NCBI RefSeq assembly: GCF_905237065.1
Contig: NC_059444.1
Span: 52,006,644-52,070,643, forward strand
Source: Salmo salar
Taxonomy: Eukaryota
Length of the DNA stretch: 64,000 nucleotides
Direction: 5' to 3'
The position numbers were made by a program, and so were the translations under genes. Positions 52,111 to 64,000 of this stretch are shown here, one piece after another (position 1 is the stretch's first letter; the number at the start of each line of letters is the position of its first letter). The notes below the pieces were generated by a model. The model was not told the origin of the DNA, did not search any database, and saw only the letters and a list, made by a program, of their open reading frames with translations.

Positions 52111-52389
52111 TTCCAGGACGCTGAAAAGGTATCTTTCCGGACGTTAAAAAAATAAGTATTTTCCGGACGTTGAAACCGTGTTCATTTTCAGTTCTAAATG
52201 AAAGTTGAAAATACTTATTTTTCCAGAATAGCCTACGAATAGGAGTTTTACCTGACCAGGACATCAGATCAGGAGAAAACTCCAGGCCCCAGAAAATACA
52301 TACTTTTGAACCTGTGGTGCCACCTCTGGATCATATTGTAGTTCATAAGGTAAAGTTTTATTTGTTGTGAATTAATCTTTCACTTGTTT

Positions 52390-53533
52390 TGCCGTCCTCA
52401 GAGAGGATGAATCTGGGATTTGCTGTATCAGGGTCCAGAGTCACATCCACTGCATCTTCTTCAGCATCAAATCAGGAAACTTCCCCATTCGGTTAAGACA
52501 TTTCTCCTCAAGCTCAGAAAAAGCCCCCCTCACTTTTTCCTCCAGCTGAGACAAAGAGCTCCTCACTCCTCTGTTCACACCCCTTCCACACAGAGCACTG
52601 TGAAAACTGATCTCAGACAAGTCCTGGACCTGGGTGAGTGGGGGGGGGCACAGGGATGACATGTTCGGTAGGTCCTCAGTGTGAGAGCTGCTCCAGCTCA
52701 GTGCGTCTCCTCTGTAGCTCAGTGATTTCCTGCTCCAGCTCTTCGATACACACTCCACACTGCACTTTTCTTCTTCTCGTTAACATTCTAAATGTAGTTA
52801 GCCTGGCTTCTCTCAACGGAGCACACGAGAGCAGTGAGCACCTGTACGCCGTCTGCTATGTCAAGTTCTGTGTTTCTGTTGCTGAGCTCTACGGAGTGTT
52901 TGAACTCCTCAACCTTCAGCTATCGCTCCTGAATCATCTTCTGCACCTGTGCTTCCAGCTGAGCCCTCCTTTCTCCATACTCTTCCTAGAGGGACGGTGT
53001 GGTGAGCCTTGTAGTGTGTCTCAGTGCAGAACGGATACACATACGCCTGGGCAGTCCTACAGAACATCTCCAGGAGTCTGTCATGCTTCTTACACATCCT
53101 GTCGTCCAGGCTCTCCACGGGGCCGATCAGCTTGTGTCTCTTCAGGGCTAGGGCTGAGGCTGCAGGTGAGTCTCACAGAAAGACACCAGGAAAGAAAGTA
53201 GTGCCTTGCGCTTCGTCCCAGTGCAGACGTCACAGGCCACTTCTCCAGACTTAGTAGGGTGCTGGTCTGGGCTGCTGATAGCTTTCCATTGAACTGATTT
53301 CCTGAACTGAGCGGCCATCTCAGAAATAAAAGGTATCGACACAGATCTGGTCTCCTATCAAAAGTATTTTTACACAGTGGACACTGGCACACGTAATTGC
53401 TATTCAAGTACTTTCTGATGCAGGTCTTGCAGAAGTTGTGTCCACATGAAGTGGTGACTGGCTCAGTGAACACGTCCAGATAGATAGAGCACTGGAACTG
53501 CTCTTCAGACAGCAGACTGCTGCAGGTAGCCAT
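52390..53533 (-). pseudogene. TRIM/finTRIM-like gene (RING, B-box, coiled-coil, start of PRY), intronless and frameshifted; probably a processed pseudogene
   Basis: Minus ORFs 53090..53533 (MATCSSLLSEEQFQCSIYLDVFTEPVTTSCGHNFCKTCIRKYL...CPLCK, a RING), 53148..53342 and 52909..53118 (B-box Cys/His), and 52441..52758 (coiled-coil), followed by VTLDPDTANPRFILSEDGKQVK (PRY start). They lie contiguously but in three different frames. No introns separate the domains, and the SPRY part is missing or degenerate. Confidence 0.6.
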
Positions 53534-53649
53534 GTCTAGACAGAGACCAAAGATGAAATGATAAAACTATATTATACAATTATAATGCATTTACTGGAAT
53601 TATTGGTATAACTTGTGATAATACTTTATGAATAGACACATCCAGCCTA

Positions 53650-53850
53650 GTTGAAGTGATCAATACATTAAACTGGATACCAGTGGAGGCTGCTGAGGGG
53701 AGGACGGCTCATAATAATGGCTGAAATGAAATGGAGTGAATGGAATGATACCAAACACATGAACCCCCCCCCCCCCAAAAAGATGTGTTTGATACCATTC
53801 CATTCCGGCCATTATTATGAGCCGTTCTCCCCTCAGCAGCCTCCACTACT
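53650..53850. mobile_element. MITE-like hairpin element with about 85-bp near-perfect inverted arms
   Basis: The arm ccagtggaggctgctgaggggaggacggctcataataatggctg...aatggaatg is mirrored by cattccattccggccattattatgagccgttctcccctcagcagcctccactact. Confidence 0.75.
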
Positions 53851-53996
53851 GGTTACCAACATTTCGGTGAAGCTCGTTTAGTTTAGTAAAACTTCTTTGA
53901 AACATTTTGCCTGCTTGACATTTCAAACTGAATAGTGACCAAACTTGAAATTTTATTTTATATTCAACACTCTTTGGCTATGATAAAGTTTCCGAT

Positions 53997-55450
53997 GTTA
54001 GATCTACTGAACAAAAATTTAAACGCAACATGCAATAATTTCAAAGATTTTACTGAGTTACAGTTCATATAAGGTCAATTTAAATAAATCAAATTGTATT
54101 AGTCACATGCATCGAATACAACAGGTGTAGACCTTACAGTGAAATGCCTACTTACGAGCCCCTAACCAACAATGCAGTTAAAAAAAGAAAGAAAAACAAA
54201 TAAAAGTAACAAGTCATTAAAGAGCAGCAGTAAAATAACAATAGCGAGACTATATACAGGGGGGTACCGGTACAGAGTCAATGTGCGAGGGCACCGGTTA
54301 GTCGAGGTAATTCAGGTAATATCTACATGTAGGTAGAGTTATTAAAGTGACTATGCATAGATGATAACAACAGGGAATAGCAGTGGTGTAAAAGGGGGGG
54401 GGGGGGTTGCAAATAGTCAGGTTAGCCATTTGATTAGATGCTAAAAGAGTCTTATGGCTTGGGGGTAGAAGCTATTTAGAAGCCTCTTGGACCTAGACTT
54501 GGCGCTCCGGTACCGCTTGCTGTGCAGTAGCAGAGAGAACAGTCTATGACTAGGGTGGCTGGAGTCTTTGACAATTTTTAGGGCCTTCCTCTGACACCCC
54601 CTGGTATAGAGGTCCTGGCTGGCAGGAAGCTTGGCCCCAGTGATGTACTGGGCGGTACGCACTACTTTCTGTAGTGCCTTGTGGTCGGAGGCCGAGCAGT
54701 TGCCATACCAGGCAGTGATGCAACCAGTCAGGATGCTCTCGATGGTGCAGCTGTAGAAACTTTTGAGGATCTGAGGACCCATGCCAAATTTTTTCAGTCT
54801 CCTGAATAGGCGTTGTCGTGCCCTCTTCGCGACTGTCTTGGTGTGCTTGGACCATGTGAGTTTGTTGATGATGTGGACACCAAGGATCTTGAAGCTCTCA
54901 ACCTGCTCCACTACAGCCCCGTCAATGAGAATGGGGGCGTGCTTGGTCCTCTTTTTCCTGTAGGCCACAATCATCTCCTTTGTCTTGATCACGTTGAGGG
55001 AGAGGTTGTTGTCCTGGCACCACACGGCCAGGTCTCTGACCTCCTCCCCATAGGCTGTCTCGTCATTGTCGGTGATCATGCCTACCACTGCTGTGTCATC
55101 TGCAAACTTAATGATGGTGTTGCAATAAATGCATTAGGCTCTAATGTATGGATTTCACATGACTGGGCAGGGGTGCAGCCGTGGGATGGCCTTGGAGGGC
55201 ATAGGCCCACCCACTTGGCAGCCAGGCCTACCCACTGGGGAGCCAGACCCAGCCAATCAGAATGAGTTTTTCCCCACAAAAGTGCTTTATTAAACACAGA
55301 AATACTCCTCAGCCCCCCCCCACCCATCCCCCATCAGACGATCCCACAGGTGAAGAAGCCCGATGTGGAGGTCCTGCGCTGGTGTGGTTCCACGTGGTCT
55401 GCTGTTGTGAGGCCGGTTGGATGTACTGCCAAATTCTCTAAAATGACGTT
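53997..55450 (-). mobile_element. Nested insertion: Tc1-like family-B element interrupted by a 5'-truncated LINE (54090-55100, minus strand)
   Basis: Tc1 ends at 53997-54090 and 55100-55450 (...gtgaggccggttggatgtactgccaaattctctaaaatgacgttggaggc...). The insert encodes minus RT ORF 54441..55088 (...[62 protein letters not shown]...), plus a 3' UTR matching 2770-3170. Confidence 0.8.
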
Positions 55451-55454
55451 GGAG

Positions 55455-58060
55455 GCAGCTTACAGTGCATTCGGGAAGTTTTCAGACCCCTTGACTTGTT
55501 CCACATTTTGTTTCGTTACAGCTTAATTTTTCCCTCATTAATCTACACACAATGACAAAGCAAAAATTGGTTTTTAGAAACGTTTGCAAATGTATTAAAA
55601 ATTAAAAACTGAAATATCACATTTACGTAAGTATTCAGACCCTTTAATCAGTACTTTGTTCAAGCACAATTGGCAGCAATTACAGCCTCGAGTCTTCTTG
55701 GGTATGACGCTACAAGCTTGGCACACCTGTATTTGGGGAGTTTCTACCATTCTTCTTTGCAGATTCTCTCAAACTCTGTCAGGTTGAATGGGGAGCGTCG
55801 CTGCAAAGCTATTTTCAGGTCTCTGCAAAGATGTCCGATCGGGTTGAAGTCATGGCTCTGGCTGGGCCACTCAAGGACATTCAGAGACTTGTCCTGAAGC
55901 TACTCCTGCATTGTCTTGGCTGTGTGCTTAGGGTCGTTGTCCTGTTGGAAGGTGAACCTTCGGCCCAGTCTGAGGTCCTGAGTGCTCTGGAGCAGGTTTT
56001 CATCAAGGATCTCTCTGTACTTTGCTCCGTTCATCTTTCTCTCGATCCTGACTAGTCTCCCAGTCCCTGTCGCTGAAAACCATCCCCACTGTCACTGAGC
56101 CTGCCTGCTGTCCTGTGACTTTGCCCCTACACTGAATTACCGACCTCTGCCTGACCTGACCCTGGACCTACCTGCCTGTCGTCCTGTACCTTGGCACCAC
56201 TATTATGGATTATCGACCACTGCCTGCCTTGACCTGTTGTCTGCCTGCCCCTGTTATTGCAATAAACATTGTTACTACAACACAGTCTGCACTTGGGTCT
56301 TACCTGAAACCTGATACCCACAGCATGATGCTGCCACCACGCTTCACCGTAGGGATGGTGCCAGGTTTCCTCCAGACGTGACGCTTGCATTCAGGCCAAA
56401 GAGTTCAATCTTGGTTTCATCAGACCAGAGAATCTTGTTTCTCATGGTCTGAGAGTTCTTTAGGTGCCTTTTGTCAAACTCCAAGCAGGCTGTCATGTGC
56501 CTTTTACGGAGTGGCTTCCGTCTGGCCACTCTACCATAAAGGCCTGATTGGTGGATTGTTGCAGAGATGGTTGTCCTTCTGGAAGGTTCTCCCATTTCCA
56601 CAGAGGAACTCCGGAGCTCTGTAAAAGTCACCATCAGATTCTTGGTCACCTCCCTAACCAAGGAATTCCCCAGGCTAGTTGTTTTGGACCCTTGCTTTTT
56701 TTTACTGACGACATGTCACTGACTTTGAGTAAAGCCAGAGTTTCTATGTATGCGGTTGACTCAACACTATACACGTCAGATACTACAGCGACTGAAATGA
56801 CTGCAACACTCAACAAAGAGCTGCAGTTAGTTTCAAAGTGGGTGGCAAGGAATACTTTAGCCTTAAATATTACTAAAACTAAAAGCATTGTATTTGGAAC
56901 AAAACACTCACCAAACCCTAAACCTCAACTAAATCTTGTAATAAATAATGTGGAAATTGAGCAAGTTGAGATGACTAAACTGCTTGGAGTGACACTAGAT
57001 TGTAAACTGTCATGGTCAAAACATATTGATGCAGCAGTAGCTAAGATGGGGAGAAGTCTGTCTATAATAAAGCGATGCTTTGCCTTAACAACACTATCAA
57101 CAAGGCAGGTCCTACAGGCCATAGTTTTGTCGCACCTTGACTACTGTTCAGTCGTGTGGTCAAGTGCCACAGAAAAGGACTTTGCAGTTGGAAAATTGCA
57201 GTTGGTTCAGAACAGGGCAGCACGGCTGGCCCTTGGATGTACACAGAGAGGTAATATTAATAATTTGCATGTCAATCTCTCCTGGCTGAAAGTGGAGGAG
57301 AGATTGACTTCATCACTACTTTGATTTATGAGAGGTATTGACATGTTGAATGCACCGAGCTGTCTGTCTAAACTACTGGCACACAGCTCGGACACCCATG
57401 CATACCCCACAAGAGGTCTCTTTACAGTCCCCAAGTCCAGAACAGACTATGGGAGGCACACAGTACTACATAGAGTCATGACTACATGGAACTCTATTCC
57501 ACATCAAGTAACTGACGTAAGCAGTAAAATTAGATTTAAAAACAGATAAACATTGAACCAGACACATGCATACACACACAATAACATATGCACTATACAG
57601 ACACATGGATTTAGTAATGTAGATATGTGGTAGTGGTAGAGTAGGGGCCTGAGGGCATACAGTGTGTTGTGAAATCTGTGAATATATTTTAAAATTGTAT
57701 AAACTGCCTTAAACTTTGCTGGACCCCAGGAAGAGTGGGGATCCATAATAAATACAAATGCTGAAGAACTTCTTTGGTACCCTTCCCAAGAGGTTTGCCT
57801 TGACACAATCCTGTCTCGGAGCTCTACGGACAATTCCTTCAACCACATGGCTTGGTTTTTGCTCTGACATGCACTTTCAACTGTGGGACCTTATATAGAC
57901 AGGTATGTGCCTTTTCAAATCATGTCCAATCAATTGAATTTACCACAGGTGGACTTCAATCAAGTTGTAGAAACAAGGATGGTCAATGGAAACAGGATGC
58001 ACCTGAGTTCAATTTCGGATCTCGTAGTAAAGGGTCTGAATAGTTATGTAAATTAGGCAT

Positions 58061-58115
<55 letters not shown>

Positions 58116-58245
58116 GGGCTTTTATGTGTAGATTGAGGAGGATGTTTATTTTTTTTTATCCATTGTAGAATAAGGCTGTAATTTAACAAAATGTGGAAAA
58201 AGTCAAGGGGTCTGAATACTTTTCGAATGCACTGTATGATAGAGA
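55455..58245 (-). mobile_element. Nested insertion: Tc1-like element with a LINE RT fragment (56640-57770, plus strand) inserted
   Basis: Inverted repeats cagtgcattcgggaagttttcagaccccttgac (55455-) and gggtctgaatacttttcgaatgcactg (-58245). Minus ORF 56344..56661 is Tc1 transposase. Plus ORF 56548..57324 is an RT C-terminal domain (...MYAVDSTLYTS...LGVTLDCKLSWSKHID...). Confidence 0.8.
58063..58105. repeat. (AT)n microsatellite
   Basis: atatatatat... run, located inside the Tc1 terminal region. Confidence 0.9.
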
Positions 58246-58855
58246 AATTAACATTGAATTATCTGGCAACAGCTCTGGTGGACATTCCTGCAGTCAGCAT
58301 GCCAATTGCATGCTCCCTCAAAACTTGAGACATCTGTGGCATTGTGTTTTGTGAAAAACTGCACATTTTAAAGTGGCCTTTTATTGTCCCCAGCACAAGG
58401 TGCACCTGTGTAATGATCATGCTGTTTAACCAGCTTTTTTTTTCTTTTTTTTTTTAACAGGGCAAGTCAGTTAAGAACAAATTCTTATTTACAATGACGG
58501 CCTACCGGGGAACAGTGGGTTAACTGCCTTGTTCAGGGACAGAATGACAGATTTTTACCTTGTCAACTCGGGAATTCGATCCAGCAAGCTCTTTCGGTTA
58601 CTGGCCCAATGCTCTAACCAGTAGGCTACCTGCCACCCCCAAGCTTCTTGATATGCCACACCTGTCAGGTGGATGGATTATCTTGGCAAAGAAGAAATGC
58701 TCACTAACAGGGATGTAAACAAATTTGTGCACAAAATTTGAGAGAAATAAGCTTTTTGTACATTTGGAAAATGTCTTGATATTTTTTACTTCAGCTCATG
58801 AGACATGGAACCAACACTTTACATGTTGCATTTGTATTTTTGTTCAGTGTAGTTA
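58245..58855. mobile_element. Tc1-like family-B 3' half (same family as 51620-52110); contains nested SINE
   Basis: ...ctggcaacagctctggtggacattcctgcagtcagcatgccaattgca...cttgatatgccacacctgtcaggtggatggattatcttggcaaag...tgttcagtgta. A SINE lies at 58445-58640. Confidence 0.7.
58445..58640 (-). mobile_element. tRNA-derived SINE of a second salmonid family
   Basis: The reverse complement shows a tRNA-like head (ggggtggcaggtagcctactggttagagcattgggccagtaaccgaaag...gatcgaattcccgag) and the tail ...gtaggccgtcattgtaaataagaatttgttcttaactgacttgccc. Confidence 0.7.
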
Positions 58856-61800
58856 ACTAGCCGAAGCCTGAACCAGTATCTGGGCAGAGAAGATTATGAA
58901 TATGACAAAATCTCCTCTCTGCCCAGAAAGCTACCATTCACCAGCTCTGTCAAAATATGTTTGTTACTAACCAGATATGCTTGCCATGCCTGCAACTATC
59001 GTCACATACTGCCGCTATGTACTTCCAAAAAATGTGTCATGTATTGTTTTTGACCGGAAGAGGCACCATTAGAGGCCCCTCTTCCATGTGACTAATATAC
59101 GTACAGTTGATTATGATAGGCCCCTTGGGGCTTAATTTAGTAAATGGCAGATCTCTATGGTAAGACACATCCATTCACCCAAGTTTTTTCAAAATTGGGA
59201 CAGTGGTATCTGAGATATTGCGTGAGTTAGCTAGACTTATATACCTGAGAATTTCTTCAAAATTTCATCACTCCGAGTCAAACAGATAAACATGTGCCTG
59301 TTATTTCGCCACCTTGTGGACAATATGAATGTTCTTACATATGTGGAGTCTCGACAGTGTTCGCAGCATGTCTACCAAACTTTGTTACAAAACAAGTATC
59401 CTTGACTGATTTATAAGCTTATATTTATGTGGCATACCACATCCATGTTTATTGGTCAATAGTCTGGAAAATATAGAGAGACCTTAGATGCCACACATCA
59501 AGTTTAGTGCAGATTGGTCATTTGGTGCCAGAGTAGCGTTTAAGAGTTTTTCACAAAATCCAAAATGGCGGAAAATCCATCTTGACGGACATTATGGATC
59601 CCTGAGGAAAAAGGTCCCTCACAAGGAACTCAATGTACCAAATGTCATGACTTTAGATCAAAAGGGCGTGACCTTTCATAGTTTGCATTTTTAAAATGCT
59701 TGTTATAGCGCCACCATCTGGCCAATTTTGTAAATGCCGGATCTAAATGGCGTGCCGCCTCATTCGCCAAAGTTTCGTCAAAATCAGGCCAGTGGGGTCA
59801 GATATCGCATGTGACATAAGTATGTACGCACGGAGACAGATAAACAGTCCCCTCCCAGATTTCATCGTGGAGGACAACGACGACATTGCTAATGCCGCGA
59901 GTTGTCATGAAAGCAGCATCAGAACTCAGAGTAAAAGTCTGCATGTTTTTTGCTTAGAAATTCCTATTGGTTGATTCTGAAAAAAATAAGGAATTATTAG
60001 AATTTAATAGGATCTCTACAAGTCCTTCCTATTACCCATGGCGCAGGCTTGCACAATAACGACTCTGGACCTCTACTCTGACAACACTACCTAGAAACTC
60101 AACGGCCACCGTACAAGGTGGGACCTGTGTGGTCCAGCGGTTGCAGCCGCTCACCTTGGCACGCATTTGTGCCAGAGTCGGCATGGGTTCGAGTCCGGCC
60201 CCACTGCCTTTTAGCTCGCCCTCGCCGTTTCCTCTGCCTTTCCAGCACTTTACGGTCTCTGGGGCGGAACTAGAGACTGGGATTGGTCCTTTGAAAAAGG
60301 ACACTGTACAAGAAGCCATGCGCATAATAACGGAAGATACTGGCATAGGAGAGCAAACTGGTAGGTTCAAAGACATCTTTATTACCTTTTCATCTATTGC
60401 CATTGACAAAGACATTCTCCACAATATCTGCAAGCCGGAGGCACTGCATGGAAATAAAACTTACAACACCTTTCTTACACTGACACCCACAATGTATTTT
60501 CAGATATTATCATAGATCTTACATGGCTTGGGTTTTTTGCTCCTCCCTCTCACAGCACATTCTCCCAAAAGTCTTGTTGAAACTCAAACGAACTAGAGAT
60601 CTTTGATGCCATCTGGCTGATAGCAACGTCGCCACACTCCAAACATAGTTTCTAATGGTTGACAATAAAACAGATCAGCCACAGTATATCAATACACACG
60701 GTCACATAGTGATGATAGAAAAGCTTGTCGAATAATAGTTATAAGAACACTCAAAACATAATACTCAGGTGGTCTTCACTTGAGCTCAGGAATGTGCCCA
60801 ATATAGATGAATGCATGTCTGCAAGCGTGTGAGTATGTGTGTGGCAAGCGTGTTTGTGTGTGTGTATATGTGTCTGCAAAAAAAAAAAAAGTGTGCGCAT
60901 ATATCTAAGTGTGTGCGTCTTCCCCATCCACTCATCACTGCAACGTAAAAGTCCAACACCACCTCTACAGTCACCACTACCCAGGGGCGCAACTTTGGTT
61001 TTAGAAGTGGGGGGGACAATTATTATTATATATATATTTTCTTATCCAGTCGGATAAACACTCCAAACAGCCTACCCGACCGCTCGGAGGCGTCCGCATG
61101 GTCCTAAAGCACATCATTGCCTCGTTTTATAATCACATTCCAATGATAAAACTGGGGGCGACAAAAATGACATTTCAGAATGTGGTGGGGGGGCGACATG
61201 TCCCAAGTGAAAGTTGTGCAACTTCAAATCATTACTGATGACGGCGACAGATAATAATAAAAACAACCATAGGAATTGAAATATGAATAGGAACAGCAAT
61301 AATAGTGACATGGACATTACCACTTAAGAGTATTTCAAGATAACACGTATCGCTCAAACCCTTGGTTATGAAGTCTACTAAATAAGGTCTGGTGAAAAGT
61401 GATTCATGTTGGCTAGTTAGCTAGACAATATTAAAGCCCGCAATGATTTGCTAGCATACAAAAATATAGCATTACTGTTTACTTTTTCAAGTTTTGACAC
61501 CAGTTATTATGTCAGGCTTATAAGACTATACAAGTAGGCTTAATAACAGAAGGTTTAAGTTGTTTCAATCTTCTAACTAAAATAAATAGCCATCATCAGT
61601 TTGGTTTTTAAAAAAGGTCCCCTGACTAAGCTTCACCTCCATCTTTGCTACATCACACAATAATATTTGTTCTCACACCTTCAACTCTATTCTACAAACA
61701 CAGCAACTGACTCTGCTTTCTGTGTGTCCCAATCCTCTCAAATATCCTAATTTCCTTGCTTAATTTTCTTGTCTCCTTCCCTTCGATATCACTAACGTTA

Positions 61801-62342
61801 TTTTCCCCCAATGATTTCACGTCCTTTCCTATCAGTGCTCAAGCGGCGACTAAGAAAAGTGGGTTATTTGAGACTTTTGGGACACAGGGTGCATCTCAAT
61901 AGTCTAGTGGCTTCCTCTCCTCATCTCCAATCCTTTTTCTCGTCTGATGTGAATTAACTGGATGGGTAAGCAGTGTTGACTAGTAGGCATCCACCATACT
62001 ATTTTCACCAATCTCTTGTTTTCAGATCAGTGCAGATGGAAGGAAAGGACATGAGGAAAGGAAGCCACTTTAGACTATTGAGAAGCACCCATCTACAGCC
62101 TCCTATACCCTCCCTCTCTCTCTCTCCCCCTCTTCTTTGCCTTATCCTAACTCGACCTCTAGCCCCTAGGCATTCAAGTAGATCCTAGAGGATTGGGTCG
62201 GTGTAAAATGTAGGAGAAAAAAAAAAGCCTGACCTAGCCTATCAGAGGACAAGGTGGATTGGTTTACCAAATTGTTACACCCATCCTCTCAGATCTACAC
62301 ACATACCAAGGGATTAAGAGCCCCCCCCTCCCTCTCCTTCTC

Positions 62343-62488
62343 TCACTCGGCCTTGCTCCTCTCCCTCTCACGGTCGTACACGTCGATGGCAGCCATGTTC
62401 CTGGAGGCGGTGATCAGGTGCAGAACGCTGATGGCAGACTTCAGCACACACACCACGGCGCAGACATGAAGCAGCCACTGCAGCCACA
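62343..62488 (-). CDS. cdipt: cdipt last coding exon (stop TGA at 62343-62345)
   Basis: Acceptor ctccAG|TGTGG. Encodes (V)WLQWLLHVCAVVCVLKSAISVLHLITASRNMAAIDVYDRERERSKAE then stop, matching the CDIPT C-terminus LKSLISVIHLITAARNMAALD. Upstream exons lie beyond the window end. Confidence 0.8.
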
Positions 62489-62802
62489 CTGGAGAAGAGA
62501 AAAGAAGAAGTCCGTTGTTTCCACAGTGCCCCTTGCTAATGCATAGGACCTGCTGTACAAACCAGCTATTTAGCATAGGATTACTATGCTTCTGTGAGGG
62601 AATATGAGCCAACGTCTTTAGACAGAGGCAAGAAGGGAGGGATATTACAGAGGGAGATTGAGAGAGATTTGAAGAGAGGGAGAGAACGGAGAATGGAAGA
62701 TATGCAAAGTTAGAGAAAAGAGAATGGGGATATGAAAAGAGAGGGAGAAACTAAGAAAAGAAGGTGGGGGGGGGAAAAAGAGAGTAGAGTGAAGAGACTT
62801 AC

Positions 62803-62884
62803 CATGGGGTTCCTCAATGTAGTAGGAGACGTAGAGCAGGCAGAAGAAGAGCTCGTTCCCCATACACATGACAAATAGCACCGG
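62803..62884 (-). CDS. cdipt: cdipt internal exon
   Basis: Acceptor ccatAG|CCGGTG and donor CATG|GTAAGTC. Encodes PVLFVMCMGNELFFCLLYVSYYIEEPH, matching CDIPT PALFTLCAGNELFYCLLYLF. Confidence 0.8.
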
Positions 62885-62989
62885 CTATGGAAGACAGCAG
62901 TTAGATCAGCCTGTTGGCACGCGAGTGTGTGTGAGTGAGTTAGAGTGAGAGTGAATGTAAGAATTGTGTGTGCATGGGCACATGCTAAC

Positions 62990-63140
62990 AGTTAAAAGCG
63001 TTGGGCCAGTAACTGGTTCGAATCCCCGAACTGATTAGGTGAAAAATCTGTTGCTGTGCCCTTGAGCAAGACACTTAATCCTAATTGCTCATGTAAGTCG
63101 CTCTGGATAAGAGCGTCTCCTAAATGACTAAAATGTAAAT
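62990..63140 (+). mobile_element. SINE 3' portion in a cdipt intron
   Basis: ...gggccagtaactggttcgaatccccgaactgatta...gctcatgtaagtcgctctggataagagcgtctcctaaatgactaaaatgtaaatgt. Confidence 0.7.
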
Positions 63141-63214
63141 GTGAAAGGACATTTTTTTGGGTGGTGTGTGTATGACCATGTTGGTGTGTGTGTGTGTATG
63201 ACTGTATTTCTTAC

Positions 63215-63296
63215 CCGGGAAGTGTAGTAGAGGCGAAGAATGGGGTTTCCAGACAGATCAATGGCCTTGTGGCTGGTGGATCCCTTCATCATTGAG
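63215..63296 (-). CDS. cdipt: CDP-diacylglycerol--inositol 3-phosphatidyltransferase, internal exon
   Basis: Acceptor gtctcAG|CTCAATG and donor CGG|GTAAGA. Encodes SMMKGSTSHKAIDLSGNPILRLYYTSR, matching human CDIPT ...SESHKMIDLSGNPVLRIYYTSR. Confidence 0.8.
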
Positions 63297-63398
63297 CTGA
63301 GACAGAGAGAGCGAGAGAGACAGACAGAGTGAGAGCGAGACAGAGAGAGCGAGAGAGACAGAGAGAGCGAGAGAGACAGAGAGAGAAAGAGAGCGCGC

Positions 63399-63435
<37 letters not shown>

Positions 63436-64000
63436 CGAGACAGAGAGAGCGCGCGAGACAGAGAGAGAGAGCGCGCGAGACAGAGAGAGAGAGAGCGCGC
63501 GAGACAGAGAGAGAGAGAGCGCGAGAGAGAGAGAGAGAGAGAGCGCGAGACAGAGAGAGAGAGAGCGCGAGACAGAGAGAGAGAGAGCGCGAGACAGAGA
63601 GAGCGCGGAGACAGAGAGAGCGCGAGACAGAGAGAGCGCGAGACAGAGAGAGACGCGAGACAGAGAGAGCGCGAGACAGAGAGAGCGCGCAGACAGAGAG
63701 AGAGAGAGCGCGAGACAGAGAGAGCGCGAGACAGAGCAGAGAGAGAGCGCGAGACAGAGAGCGCGCGAGACAGAGAGAGCGCGCGAGACAGACAGAGAGA
63801 GAGCGCGAGACAGACAGAGAGACGCGCGAGACAGACAGAGAGAGAGCGCGAGACAGACAGAGAGAGAGCGCGAGACAGACAGAGAGAGAGCGCGCGAGAC
63901 AGACAGAGAGAGAGCGCGCGAGACAGACAGAGAGAGAGCGCGCGAGACAGACAGAGAGAGAGCGCGCGAGACAGACAGAGAGAGAGCGCGCGAGACAGAC
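63290..64000. repeat. Complex GA-rich minisatellite ((GAGAGAGCGCGAGACAGA)n) running to the window end
   Basis: Direct repeats of gagagagcgcgagacagacagagag variants. Lies in a cdipt intron. Confidence 0.9.

Noticed and set aside
54813-55265. 150-aa plus-strand ORF
   Set aside because: It is the antisense frame of the LINE RT fragment (54441..55088, minus strand).
60120-60260. tRNA-like stretch (gtggtccagcggtt ... catgggttcgagtccggcc)
   Set aside because: It has a T-loop-like GGTTCGAGTCC, but the flanks do not form a 7-bp acceptor stem and the length is about 90 nt. It is more likely a decayed tRNA-derived SINE head than a tRNA gene. The overlapping ORFs 60032..60433 and 60129..60515 have no recognisable domains.

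Overview
This window is vertebrate nuclear DNA, almost certainly from a salmonid fish. The repeats are diagnostic for that group: Tc1-like elements with 'cagtaccagtcaaaagtttggacac' inverted repeats, tRNA-derived SINEs ending 'gtaagtcgctctggataagagcgtctgctaaatgac', and an L2/RSg-1-like LINE. It is not prokaryotic, so no CRISPR arrays, operons or defence islands are expected, and none were found. Four spliced protein-coding genes all lie on the minus strand. Reading down the coordinates they are: cdipt (last 3 exons; the gene continues past 64000), a MAZ-like C2H2 zinc-finger gene (about 49900 down to 37573), nlk (34950 down to about 19700, 10-11 exons), and the TLC-domain gene tlcd3b/fam57b (12751 down to 7754, final exon not found). 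Exon boundaries were read by hand from protein similarity plus GT/AG splice sites and are anchored to the ORF track. Take them as accurate to a few bases. Between maz and cdipt sits an intronless TRIM-like ORF (RING, B-box, coiled-coil, start of PRY) broken by frameshifts, probably a processed pseudogene. Well over half of the window is interspersed repeat. Two near-identical L2-like LINE copies lie antisense in maz and nlk introns. There are at least three cases of one transposon nested inside another, several Tc1 families, SINEs and hairpin MITE-like elements. Satellites include GACA/GAGA minisatellites, an (AC)n tract abutting the tlcd3b start codon and a roughly 235-bp tandem array. Two CpG islands probably mark the tlcd3b and maz promoters. 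No undescribed cellular system is evident. The points worth a second look are a possibly young, active LINE family with a candidate monomeric promoter array, the TRIM retro-pseudogene, an intronic segmental duplication inside nlk, a short-motif array in a maz intron, and a 16p11.2-like gene neighbourhood with nlk interposed.
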